Of a stretch of DNA of 63,402 nt, positions 1 through 10,591 are shown piece after piece. The translations under genes and the position numbers were made by a program. Positions within the stretch are counted from its first letter, which is position 1, and the number at the start of each line of letters is the position of its first letter. The notes beneath the pieces are model-generated. The model did not search any database, was not told where the DNA came from, and saw nothing but the letters and a program-made list of their open reading frames with translations. Source of the DNA: Thecamonas trahens ATCC 50062 (Eukaryota > Protista > Apusomonadida). The stretch spans positions 18,600 to 82,001 of the forward strand of contig NW_013657605.1 of the NCBI RefSeq assembly GCF_000142905.1, given 5' to 3'.

Positions 1-501
1 CGCAGGTACGTCCTCCCTCCCTCTCCCCCACCCCCCCCCGCCCCCCCCCCCCCTCGACATGCGCCTGAGTCTGGTGGTCAATTCCCACGAATTTGGTCCG
101 CACAGGGCGGAACCTCACTTGTGCGTGGGGATAGACAAGGCGGTGACGTGGGATGCTGAGCTTAGTACATACTGCTACCTCGGAAATAGCAACTTCTAGT
201 GCTGCGTAGGATTTGAGCTGGTTCCGTGCGCGCTGAAGCTTCTTCTTGGCCTGGTTCAATGCCTCCATGTCTTTCCCGCCGTCCACGCCTGCACGAGTCG
301 AATGGTCGCCAACCACGCTGCGGCACGCCGCTCACGGCGCTTGCCTGCTGCTCACAGTCATGCTTGGCAGTGCCAACTGAAGTGTGCATTGGTTGTGCAG
401 TGGCTGGTGCAAGTGGCTCATTCATCGCCACTGGCCGCATCGCCCGAATCGCGATCATGTCCACGCAGCAAAGGGGGGGGGGGGCAGACGTGCTTCTTTA
501 C

Positions 502-2001
502 CTACCACACCGGCGAGTTGAGGATGAAGAGCGTGCCCTCCTGCGACTTGATCCAGCGGAGGAGCTTGTTGCACGAGGCAATGGCGAGCTTCTTGGGAAC
601 AAGCGGACCAAAGACGACGTAGAGTTCGAACGAGGAGGTGACCCAGGCAAGGAGTGTCTCCGACTGCGAGACCTGGTAGTAGATCTTGACGTCGTTGGCG
701 ACGGTGTGGACCTTCTCGATGACGTCCTGGTAGACACGGAGAAGGCGCCGCTGCTCGCCGCCGGTGATGTACGGGGCAGACCATGCCGGGGCGGTGTACT
801 GCCGGGACGATACCGACTTGTAGAGAAAGTGGAGGAGACCCGGAATGCCGAGTTCGTCGACCGAGTAGGCCTGCGATGCCATGGCGTCGGTGATGGCCGC
901 CAGATGCCCACCGGCGGTGATTTCTGTTGCCACACGGTCTTTGCACGCCTGCATGTCGTGGAAGCTCTCGGCCTCGGTTGAGATGAGGAGGAGGCAGACG
1001 CCCGACGCCAGGAACGACGAGTACACATGCAAGTGTCCGGTGTCGTTAAAGTGCGGGAGGCAGAACGGCGTCCACGAGTCCGCCGCCTCGTTGCGCAACG
1101 TCGGCGAGGCCTTGACAAAGTTCATGATCAGCAGCAGATCGATTGGGTGCAGGCCGCGCGACTTGGGCCGCACCAGGGTGACAAGGTGCGAGTCGGCGAT
1201 GACCAGCGCGTACAGCAGGCCGGAGATCTTGACCTCTTGCAGCGCAGAGCCAACCGCAGCGCGGACTGACGCTGCCAGCCGCAGACACTCGGCTGCGCCC
1301 AGCAGGTACGATGGGTCCGAGTCCATGAGCTCAATGAGCGAGTCGATGAGCGGCTCGGTCCCGCCGAGCATCCGCCGCAGATCAAAGTGCGGCCGCTGCT
1401 CAAACAGCCGCACAATGTACGGCGCTGTGAGGACAGAGACCACTAGGTTGTGTACATACTGCAGTAGCATCCGCAGATGCGAGGCAGGCTCGCGCGTCCG
1501 CGCCACGCACACGTAGTACAGCGGGCCGTTGGAGTAGAACACGTACGTCACATCGCCCGCCACAAGATGCTGCAGCTCGTCGTCGTTGTCGTCCACAAAC
1601 GAGATCATGGCCTGAAGCACACCGAAAAAGCCCGACAGCCGCGACTCATCACCGTACCGTGCATAGATCGGCTTGCCTGCCGACGACAGAATGAACACAT
1701 GCTTGTCATGCTGCGTCCAGCCCGGCGATGTCGCCTCCTCGTGCGCGTGCTTCCGTCTCCTCGCCGCAATGGCCTCGTTCGACACATCGTACACATCGTA
1801 CTCGATCTCCATGCCTGTCTCTTCCTCCGCCTCCTCATTGCCACCCGCAGCCACGCCTCCGCCATCACCACCGTCTCGCACGTCCTCGTCCTCGCCGTCG
1901 CCCTCGTTCTCACTCTCGCCACCACTCGCGCCCGCCACGTCCTCCACAGTTTGCACAAGCGCATCCATGTCTTGCGTATCCCCTCCCAGCGGCGGAGACA
2001 T
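502..2001 (-). CDS. MON1: Vacuolar fusion protein MON1 (SAND family; Rab7 GEF subunit)
   Basis: 499-aa ORF with an acidic N-terminus, then KHVFILSSAGKPIYARYGDE, FDLRRMLGGTE, LHPIDLLLIMNFV, SWTPFCLPHFNDTGHLHVY and C-terminal LLRWIKSQEGTLFI; all are hallmark Mon1 motifs. Confidence 0.93.
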   Translation of the reverse strand: MSPPLGGDTQDMDALVQTVEDVAGASGGESENEGDGEDEDVRDGGDGGGVAAGGNEEAEEETGMEIEYDVYDVSNEAIAARRRKHAHEEATSPGWTQHDKHVFILSSAGKPIYARYGDESRLSGFFGVLQAMISFVDDNDDELQHLVAGDVTYVFYSNGPLYYVCVARTREPASHLRMLLQYVHNLVVSVLTAPYIVRLFEQRPHFDLRRMLGGTEPLIDSLIELMDSDPSYLLGAAECLRLAASVRAAVGSALQEVKISGLLYALVIADSHLVTLVRPKSRGLHPIDLLLIMNFVKASPTLRNEAADSWTPFCLPHFNDTGHLHVYSSFLASGVCLLLISTEAESFHDMQACKDRVATEITAGGHLAAITDAMASQAYSVDELGIPGLLHFLYKSVSSRQYTAPAWSAPYITGGEQRRLLRVYQDVIEKVHTVANDVKIYYQVSQSETLLAWVTSSFELYVVFGPLVPKKLAIASCNKLLRWIKSQEGTLFILNSPVW

Positions 2002-2704
2002 GCCTGTAGTCGTCCTGTCCCCCGTCTCACACCCACACGATGTGTGAGCTGTGTGGCCTCGCCCCTGCCCCCCCCCCCCNNNNNNNNNNNNNNNNNNNNN
2101 NNNNNNNNNNNNNNNNNNNNNNNNNNNNNNNNNNNNNNNNNNNNNNNNNNNNNNNNNNNNNNNNNNNNNNNNNNNNNNNGCATCTTGGCCAACGATTAGT
2201 TGAACAACAAATGGTGTTGATTCCGCGCATCGATGACTTTAACAACAAAGGCGTCGATTATCGATTATCCCCTTCAATTATTCCTTGGGCAATGGTTCGA
2301 TGGGTGACCAAGCCAGGCAGAGTGGCGAGCAGAGACAGCCTACGGTAGTGGGGGAGGTATGCCGCAAAACACACAACGACACCACTCAGCTCTGTCCACT
2401 GCAGCCAACCACTTTGCAGAGTGGTAGAGAGGCAGACAACCCACCTGTCCACCTCCCTTCTGTCCCCCTCTCCCCTTCCCTCCCTCCTCCCCCCCCCCCC
2501 CCCCTCCCGTCCGTAGCTGGACAACCACCGCACACGCGTGCAACCGCATCTCCCTCGACCACCCGAACAGGCCCATTTCCTCTCCTGGCTCACTACCACC
2601 AGTTGCCCGAGGAAGAGATCTGTTCAAAGGTCGACCATCACGTCACCATCATCCGCAAGGTCATCATCGTATAGCGCGGGTGAGAGCAAGAGCACGCGGA
2701 CAAG

Positions 2705-3493
2705 ATGAACATCTTCGGGCTCGGGTCTGGAAAGACCAAGACGTTCCGCCCCAAGCGCGGGAAGAAGAAGCGGCCGGGCTTGGCATCGGGCGCGCCAGAC
2801 ATGGGCGAGTTCTCCTTTGCCAACCTCCGGGCCGATCTCCGCAAGTTTGTCGTCCTGCCCGAGTCGCAGTGCGAAGAAGAGTGGCTTGCCGTCCACACGC
2901 AGGACTTCTTCAACCTGACAAACATCCTGTACGGCACGCTTTCGCAGTACTGCACGGATGACGCCTGTCCGGTCATGTCTGCTGGCCCGCTGTACGAGTA
3001 CTGGTGGCGCGACGAGGTGAAGAAGAAGGCGCAGCAGGTCTCTGCCCCGGTCTACGTCGACTCACTGATGCAGTGGATCGAGGACCAGATGGGAGACGAG
3101 GCCATCTTTCCGTCGCCGGCCACTGTCGCCGACGTCGCCGCAGGCGGCTCCGCCGCGTCGTCGACGGGCGGCGATGCCCAGTCGCCCGATCAGGAGCTGG
3201 CTGCGGTCGCCCTCGCATCCAATGCCTTCCCGCCCAACTTCAAGTCGGTCGTCAAGAAGATCTTCTCGCGCCTCTTCCGTGTCTATGGCCACATCTACCA
3301 CACCCACCTCCAGCACATCATCGCCCTCGACCAGGAACTGCACCTCAACTCAGTCTTCCTCCACCTTATTTTCTTCATCCAGGAGTTCAAGCTGGTCGAA
3401 AAGAAGGAGCTCGAGCCTCTCAACGAGGTCATTGACCGCCTCGTCTCTGCTGCTGACGCCGAGACCACCGAAGAGTCATCCACCACCGGCTGA
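2705..3493 (+). CDS. MOB1: MOB kinase activator (Mob1/phocein family)
   Basis: KTFRPK N-terminus, EWLAVHTQDFFN, Zn ligands CTDDACPVMSAGP and RLFRVYGHIYHTH, plus HLNSVF and ELEPL. Confidence 0.9.
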   Translation: MNIFGLGSGKTKTFRPKRGKKKRPGLASGAPDMGEFSFANLRADLRKFVVLPESQCEEEWLAVHTQDFFNLTNILYGTLSQYCTDDACPVMSAGPLYEYWWRDEVKKKAQQVSAPVYVDSLMQWIEDQMGDEAIFPSPATVADVAAGGSAASSTGGDAQSPDQELAAVALASNAFPPNFKSVVKKIFSRLFRVYGHIYHTHLQHIIALDQELHLNSVFLHLIFFIQEFKLVEKKELEPLNEVIDRLVSAADAETTEESSTTG

Positions 3494-3846
3494 TCGTTAT
3501 CGCAGGCAATATCCATACATGCCGTCATACCCACCGAACTGTTGCCAACACGTATGAACACATTGTTGATCTACAAGTAGTTGATCCCCTCCCCTCCCCC
3601 TCCCCGCACCCGGCGCACATGCGACTCGGTCCGTCGGTCTTGAGCACCACTCGTTCGACAACCCCAAGCACTCGACCCGGCGAGCTGGCGAGAGAGACAG
3701 GAGAGCCACCGCCTGCCCCGACCAGCTTACTCACGACAGAAGCAAGACAGACACCTACAGTCTCGACAAAGCCCTTGCCTTCGCCGTGGTCATACCCTCT
3801 CCCTGCTCTCCTCTGTCCTCCCTCCCATCTCCTCCATCACATACAC

Positions 3847-6800
3847 ATGTCCGACTCTGCCTCGGACGACACTCCGACCACGCCCGCGGGCCCACCACCC
3901 ATGCCGCACCGCTCACTTGGTACGCGGCCTCCCTCTCCCCCTCCCCATCCATGTCCCCATGCTCGGCTATGCAACATTGTGGTCTTGCTGCTGTACCCTC
4001 TGTCGTTAGGGTGCAGTAGCACAGGTCGCCGTGTAGGCGACTCCGACTGTGGGAGCGTGGCAAGTGTGACTTCAGCTCTGTGGCCTGTATGCCATCTGTG
4101 GGTGGGTGGCGGCGGCTTGTGTGATGTGTGACTAACTCTTGCTGGATCTTATGTGGTGTATCGCCGGATGGTGATGACGGTGGTGGCGGTGATGGCGATC
4201 GCGATGGTGTGGCGGCGATCGCCCGGGCGGCTGATGGCCCGCCGACAACCTGGGTATACAATCTCGGCAATGTGTGACGCACTCTTGCTGAATGCTCTGT
4301 GCTGCATCGCCGGATGGTGGTGGTGTTGATGGCGGTGTGGCGGTGATGGTCATGGCCTGCCTCTGCTCGCACGGATACCACTGACACAGCTGTCGAAGTC
4401 GTTGAACCGGATGAGACACCAATCCGCATCGTCCGGACGCTGCAAGAGCTGGCCGAGGTCGAGGTCTCGTATCTGTCCAAGCTGTATGCGCTGAAGCATC
4501 TGCGCGAGGTTTGTCGCGGCAAAGAGCCGACAGCCGAGCGTGAGGTCATGAATGCGCTCGTCCCTCACGACCTCATCATGTCTCTTTACGTCATCCACAC
4601 ACAAGACAAGGTGCTGTTGCCGTCTCCGCTTGATTTGGCGTCGGCGTCGTCGTACTTTGACAATCCAGGCGTGACGGCCAACTTGTCGTTCTACGTCCAC
4701 TATGTGGCCCAGTGGGAGACGATCACCGGCGCCATGCAGGCCGCCAACGCTCGTCCGGCCTTCCGAACCTTCTGCGCGTCGGTCCTCGACGAGCTTCCTG
4801 GCCTCGACTTTGGGCGAACGCTGTACAACTTGCTCTACGCCCCGATTGCACACATCTTCCACGTCAAGAACATCATCGAGACGCTGGTGAAGGAAGTGTG
4901 TGGCAAGGGTGCGGCCCAGTCGCCGTCGCCGGACCACATTGCAAGCTGTGAGCTGTGTTCGGGCTACGCCAAGATGCGTGCGCTGGTTGCCAAGCTCAAC
5001 TCCAAGATGGCCCACGTTAAGGACAAGGCCACCACCGTCGTTCTTCATTCGAGCTTCTCGTCGGCGACCCAGGCCGTGCTCGCGCCTGATCTTGCCTCAC
5101 GCATCGCCGTCCGCCAGGGCGACGTCTTCCCGCGGCAAGTCTCCATGATCACCGGCTCGGCGTCGTATGCCACTTCGACCTCGACGCTCATTCTCTTCAA
5201 CGACGTGGCTGTCCTCGTCAACGGCCCCGGCAAGGAGCAGGTACTCGGCTGCAACCGGTTCTTCTCGGTCGCCATTGCCGACCACGACCCGACCGCCTTT
5301 GTTCTCTTCATTCCTTCGCCGCCGCACTCGCCGACACTTACCACCGAGCTGACGTTCCGGACGCCGTCGACGGTCGAGGCCAACAAGTGGGTCGAGGCGT
5401 TCCAGTCCGAGATCGAAAAGGCGCTCTCACTGCATCTCTCGACGCTGGCGCCACCAGAGCCGGACCTGCTAGTCCTCGAGGATGCTGCACCATCGACGCC
5501 TGTTGCCAACCACGGCTCGCCGCTCGACCGTGTCGGCGTCATGGCCAAGGCCGCCAAGCGGCGCTCGACCGCCATCCGGTCGATGGACCACGAAGCCCGG
5601 CAAGAGGCCAGGTTTTACCTCGAGCTCAGGCAGTGGATCGAGCAGGAACTGGTGGCCGAGTACACCGGTAAGATCGAGAACCTGGAGAACCAGCTCGCTG
5701 ACCGGGACGCGGTCATTGCTGCCAACACCGAGATCAACGCGGTGCTCGAGGCTGAGATCACCAAGGTTGTGTCCGAGAAGGAGGCCGAGGAGCAGGCCAA
5801 GGCCATGGCTGCTGAAGCCTCGGCCCAGTCGCAGGACGCGTTTGCTTACCTCGAGCAGCAGTATGCCGCGCAGGTCTCGTACGCCCAAAAGCTCTCGGAG
5901 GAGCTGTTCAAGACCAAGTCCGAGCTAGCCCGCGAGCACGACCGGTTGCTGGCGTCGGAGAAGAAGTTCCGCAAGGTTGACTTTGTGCTTGGCCGGAAGA
6001 ACGCCGAGCTCGACAAGGTCCGCTCAGAGTCACAGACGCTCCACGAGTCGACCATCTCTATGTTCCAGGAAGAGATCCAAGCACTCAAGCGCTTACTGGC
6101 AACCAAGGACGAGGAGCTCGAGCACTACCGCAAGCGCATTGCCGAGCTCCGCGACGCCTCGGCGCGCCGGCCGCGGACAGCGTCGGCGACCGACGGCACC
6201 GAAGGCAATGACGGGTTCATGATGGTCACCTCGGCACAGGGCTTTACTGAAGAGGAGCACTTTGCCGCCATCGACCAGCTCACCCGCGATCTCCGCACCG
6301 CCTTTGATGACGAGATGAATGCGATGCGCAACGAGCTGGAGACTCATCAGGAGCTTGCCAAGACGCTGGCGTACGAGAAGCGCGCGGTCGAGATGCAGTA
6401 CCACGCGCTGGCAACCGAGATGGCCCAGCTCATGCAGAAGAGCGAGCAGGAAGCAGAGCCCTCCGGCGCAACAGCGCAGCTGGCGGTCAGCGAGCAGCCA
6501 GCCCCGACTGACAACCGTTCGCCTGCCCGGCCGCAGATCCGGCCAGACGAGCTCCGTGCCCAGTCCAAGCTGCTGGCGCTCGAGGCCGAAATTCGCAAGC
6601 TCAAGGGATCGCTGGCAAGCAAGGACGATGTCATCGCCGAGCTTCGGCACGAGATAGAGATCGCGTCACACAAGTTTGACATGCAGCTGCGGGTGACGTC
6701 GCGCGAGGTCGACGCACTCAATTTTGAGATTCAGTCGTTGCGCGAGTCGACGGCCAACGAAAAGGCTGGCCTCCTCGCGCGAATCAAGGCGTACGAGATG

Positions 6801-7112
6801 CGGCTGGCCGAGACGCGGCGGGCGCGGACGGCGTCCGACTCGGCGGTTGTGACGATGGGTGACGGGCACATGCACCGCGCGACGCGATCAGCCGTCGACA
6901 TGGTCCGTGGTGACGGCATCCCGGGCTCGGCTAGCGAGACCGAGTCTGACAGCGAGTCTGGGCCTGGAAATGACGTGTTTGACGGGCTCTCGGCCATGCG
7001 GCGGCAGTGCACGCAGTGCAGACAGTTTAGAGACCAGACGGCGTTCGAGTCGGCGCAGTGGCTGCAACCGGTAGCTGGCGTCCGCATCTGTCGCAGCTGT
7101 GGTGGCAACTAA
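3847..7112 (+). CDS. Divergent DH-PH (RhoGEF-like) protein with long coiled coil and C-terminal CxxC..CxxC zinc finger; join(3847..3919,4390..7112)
   Basis: The frame of ORF 4548..7112 is open back to a stop at 4344 and encodes a DH first-helix pattern (RTLQELAEVEVSYLSKL). PH hallmarks LILFNDVAVLV and STVEANKWVEAF follow. A phase-1 GTACGC...CTGACACAG intron joins exon 1 (MSDSASDD...) in frame. Confidence 0.6.
3920..4389 (+). other. Predicted spliceosomal intron (470 nt)
   Basis: GTACGC donor followed by a C-rich tract; CTGAC-AC-AG acceptor; removal keeps frame (G|CT = Ala). Confidence 0.65.
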
Positions 7113-7945
7113 AGCTTCGAACGGATTTTCTTGGGCACCACCGGGTGCGACGACGAGAGGCCGCCATCGACAGCCAGCGCCTGCCCGTTGATGTATGACG
7201 CGGCGTCCGAGGCGAGGAAAACAATCGCGTTTGCGATGTCGACCGGCAAGCCCGGGCGGCGGCACGGGTTGAGCTGGCCGATCTTCCCGCTGGTACCCCG
7301 TGCGCGGGCGAGGTCGAAGAGCGGCTTGGTCATGCCTGTCTCCACCAAGCCCGGGCAAACGGCGTTGACCCGGATGACGGCCCCGCCCATGACATCGGGG
7401 GCGAGGTCGTTGGCGGCAGCCTTAACAAGGCCGATGACGGCAGCTTTGGAGGCTGAGTAGTCTGCCGGCCCAGCACCCGAGCGCAGGCCCGCCACCGAGG
7501 CGGTAGCCACAATGGATCCACCTGTTCCAGCATCCTTCATGGCCCGCGCCGCGTCGCGGATGCCGAGAAAAGTGCCCAGGACGTTGACGCGGAGCGTCCG
7601 CTCCACATCAGCGGCATCGGCGTGAAGCAGAGACCCGGGCGTGCCGAGGACGCCTGCGTTTGCGATGTAGACGTCCAGCCGACCAAAGGACTTGATGGCT
7701 GTCTCGACAATCCTGGCTGAGTCCACCTCGTCGGCCACATCGGCCGTAATGGCCACGACCCGCCCCCGGCCCGCCGCCGCCTGACAGGCGTCGACGGTGG
7801 CATCGAGGCCCGCCTCGTTGAGGTCGGCCAGCACCAGGCGAGCACCGAGGCCCGCCAGCAGCACAGCAGTCACCCGTCCCAGACCAGACCCTCCGCCCGT
7901 CACCACGCACACCCGGTCGCCCCACTCGTTGTCCATGGTGGCCAT
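7109..7945 (-). CDS. Classical short-chain dehydrogenase/reductase with C-terminal PTS1 (SKL)
   Basis: TGGGSGLG Rossmann motif, NAG, YSASK catalytic motif, RVNAVCPG, VDGG; the protein ends ...RSKL*. Confidence 0.9.
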   Translation of the reverse strand: MATMDNEWGDRVCVVTGGGSGLGRVTAVLLAGLGARLVLADLNEAGLDATVDACQAAAGRGRVVAITADVADEVDSARIVETAIKSFGRLDVYIANAGVLGTPGSLLHADAADVERTLRVNVLGTFLGIRDAARAMKDAGTGGSIVATASVAGLRSGAGPADYSASKAAVIGLVKAAANDLAPDVMGGAVIRVNAVCPGLVETGMTKPLFDLARARGTSGKIGQLNPCRRPGLPVDIANAIVFLASDAASYINGQALAVDGGLSSSHPVVPKKIRSKL

Positions 7946-8261
7946 CGCTGGGGTCGGGTGTTAGCGGGTGCTGTAGGCCGGTGGCCGCGGTCGGGGACGA
8001 CTTGGCCCATAGCGGCGACTTGACCGATGAGATGGGTGATGATGGGTGGCGGGGATGGTGGGGATGGCGATGGCGATGGGGAGATGGAGACGATGGCCAT
8101 CAACTAGCGACTGGGCGTGTAAAGGCACACGACTGTGGGGCGAGTGGAGCACGATGGCTTGCACTCCTGCCCCCCCCCCCCCCCCCCCCCCCCCGTCCTC
8201 CGCTGTCAGGCAGTCACAAGCAGGCACTCACCTGACTCTGCCACAGGTTGCGGCGGCGACC

Positions 8262-9929
8262 ATGTCCAAGCGGCCGACAGTGGTCATTCCCCAGGGCCCG
8301 TCTCAAGCAGATGGACCTTTGACCAACGAGGTCGAGACGGCAGTGACAGCTGGCTCTGCCCGTGCCCGCCGCTCTGCAACGCTCCGTACTCCTTCGTCCA
8401 CCGCACTCCGCTCGCCTGCGGCAGATTGGTCTGTCCGCGGAGGCGACACGCCGCCGCCCGGCGATACCGATGCAGCTCATGATCATGATCATGATCATGG
8501 TGGGCCTCACGAGGCACCTGCTGACACGCCGAGCATCAATGTCGGCATCTCGGCCTTTGTCTCGCTGCTCCGACGGAATCGTGCCTATCGGTGGTTGTGG
8601 ATTGGTGGCTTCATCTCGGGCTTGGGCACCTGGTTCAACGAGATCGCGACCGTGGTCATCTTGCAGCGCTACACAAGCTCGGCCTTTATGATGTCGCTGT
8701 ACTTTATACTCCGCCTGGTCTCTGCAGCCGCCTTTTCGCCCGTTGGTGGCGTCATCACCGATGCCCTGCCCAAGATCTACGTTCTTATCGCCTGCGACCT
8801 TGTGGCCACCGTAGCTGTCTGCGCCTACCTCTTGGTCCAGTCGGCAGAGACGCTGTGGATCGTCTATGTTAACGTGGTGGCCATCGGCTGTATTTCAGCG
8901 GTGATGCAGCCGTGCAAGTCGGCGTTGGTGGCCGAGGTGGTCGGCGGCGGCGACGACCTCGAGCTGGCCAACGCCCTTTCGTCCATGTCGTCGTCGTCGA
9001 CGTTCGCGGTCGGATCAGCGCTCTCTGGCCTTGCCACCGGTGTGCTGGGCACGTCGCCGGCGTACATCATTGACGCGTTGACGTTTGCGCTGTCGGCTGT
9101 GTGTATGGTGGTCGCCGCGCGAGTCATGAGCGGTCGCCCGGCGGCGTACGCGGTTCTCGACGAGCATGCACCGCCACCGGACACTCCCATTGCTGGCGAA
9201 TCGGACGAGGACGAGCCGTTTGCGGAAACAGAACCATTGTCGTCAGGGCCCCTCGGATGGATCCGGGCGTACGGTCACGGCGTGGCATTCATGGTCGTAC
9301 GCGAGCCGACGCTGCTGCTATGTGCCCTTCTCAGCGCAGCGTTCAAGTTTGCGGACGCCTCGGGCGATCTGATTGTGACCCGGCTCGCTGAGCACGAGTA
9401 CTCGCTCGGCCTGTCGAACTCGGGCATGGCGCTGGGACTCACATTTCTCTCTCTCTCTCTGGGCATTGTGGCCGGTCCGTTTGCCATGCGGCGATTCCAG
9501 GCTGCACGCTATGGCGTTGACGTGCCGATTTCTGGCCGGTTGCTGTTTGCCGAGTTTGGCTTTGGTCTCGCTAGCCTTGCGTTTGCCATCATCGGCCTGC
9601 AGCTCTCGATGGCGGCATACTTTGCCGCCCTCTCCATGCTCGGCGCTGGGCTTATCTTCATCTACCTGCCGATGAGCGTGGTGCTACAGAAGATGTCACC
9701 AGCTTACGTCCGCGGACGTGTTCTCGCCACATCGTCGTCGATGCGGCTCTTTGCCGGCGCGCTCGGCTTCTATCTCTCCTCGATGCTTCTGGACAAGGCA
9801 AAGTGGACCGAAAAGACCGTCGAGCTTGTGCTTTCGACAGCGCCATGTGTGGTGGCCTGTCTCGCCTGCGCAATCGCCCGCCGCCGTGCGCTTGCCCGCG
9901 AGGCTCGTGCTTCTGTCCACAGCCAGTAG
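8262..9929 (+). CDS. Major facilitator superfamily transporter (MFS_3/DHA3-like)
   Basis: About 12 hydrophobic segments; LLRRNRAYRWLWIGGFISGLGTWF, GGVITDALPK and LQKMSPAYVRGRV motifs; likely start is ATG 8262 (MSKRPT). Confidence 0.85.
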   Translation: MSKRPTVVIPQGPSQADGPLTNEVETAVTAGSARARRSATLRTPSSTALRSPAADWSVRGGDTPPPGDTDAAHDHDHDHGGPHEAPADTPSINVGISAFVSLLRRNRAYRWLWIGGFISGLGTWFNEIATVVILQRYTSSAFMMSLYFILRLVSAAAFSPVGGVITDALPKIYVLIACDLVATVAVCAYLLVQSAETLWIVYVNVVAIGCISAVMQPCKSALVAEVVGGGDDLELANALSSMSSSSTFAVGSALSGLATGVLGTSPAYIIDALTFALSAVCMVVAARVMSGRPAAYAVLDEHAPPPDTPIAGESDEDEPFAETEPLSSGPLGWIRAYGHGVAFMVVREPTLLLCALLSAAFKFADASGDLIVTRLAEHEYSLGLSNSGMALGLTFLSLSLGIVAGPFAMRRFQAARYGVDVPISGRLLFAEFGFGLASLAFAIIGLQLSMAAYFAALSMLGAGLIFIYLPMSVVLQKMSPAYVRGRVLATSSSMRLFAGALGFYLSSMLLDKAKWTEKTVELVLSTAPCVVACLACAIARRRALAREARASVHSQ

Positions 9930-10370
9930 CCCCCCCCCCCNNNNNNNNNNNNNNNNNNNNNNNNNNNNNNNNNNNNNNNNNNNNNNNNNNNNNNNNNNNN
10001 NNNNNNNNNNNNNNNNNNNNNNNNNNNNNNNNNNNNNNNNNNNNNNNNNNNNNNNNNNNNNNNNNNNNNNNNNNNNNNNNNNNNNNNNNNNNNNNNNNNN
10101 NNNNNNNNNNNNNNNNNNNNNNNNNNNNNNNNNNNNNNNNNNNNNNNNNNNNNNNNNNNNNNNNNNNNNNNNNNNNNNTACTCCTGTGTCTCGGGGGAGC
10201 CACGCCAAGTGGGGGAAAAAAAAGAGGATTTTTCCCCCATACAAAGAGAGAGGGTGGAGAGCCTCGTATATAGACCCCCCCAGCTCCCGCAACGACACAT
10301 TATTGAGGGATATGTTGTATGAGAAGATTTTCCTCCCATTCCGGATAATGAGTGGTGTTTCTTTTGGCCA

Positions 10371-10408
<38 letters not shown>

Positions 10409-10591
10409 ATGACCAGGGGGTTGGGGTTGTGGCCATGGCCGTGGCGTGGCGGTCGTGCCCTGGTCGCATCGGTGAGATCGTGTGGGTGCAGGCTGCGGTC
10501 GCATCGCTCGGAGTGGGCATAGCCAATCCGTCGTTGGACCGCGCTGTGTGGGGATGGCCTTCACTCGCGGGCACGGCCTGCCTGCTGCTCA

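Noticed and set aside
170-268. Possible minus-strand exon MEALNQAKKKLQRARNQLKSYAALEVAISE
   Set aside because: Coding-like but short, with an ambiguous donor, and the rest would lie outside the window.
4125-4350. Degenerate direct repeat (ACTCTTGCTG...ATCGCCGGATGGTG) about 145 bp apart
   Set aside because: Two decayed copies inside a predicted intron; no terminal repeats or other element features.
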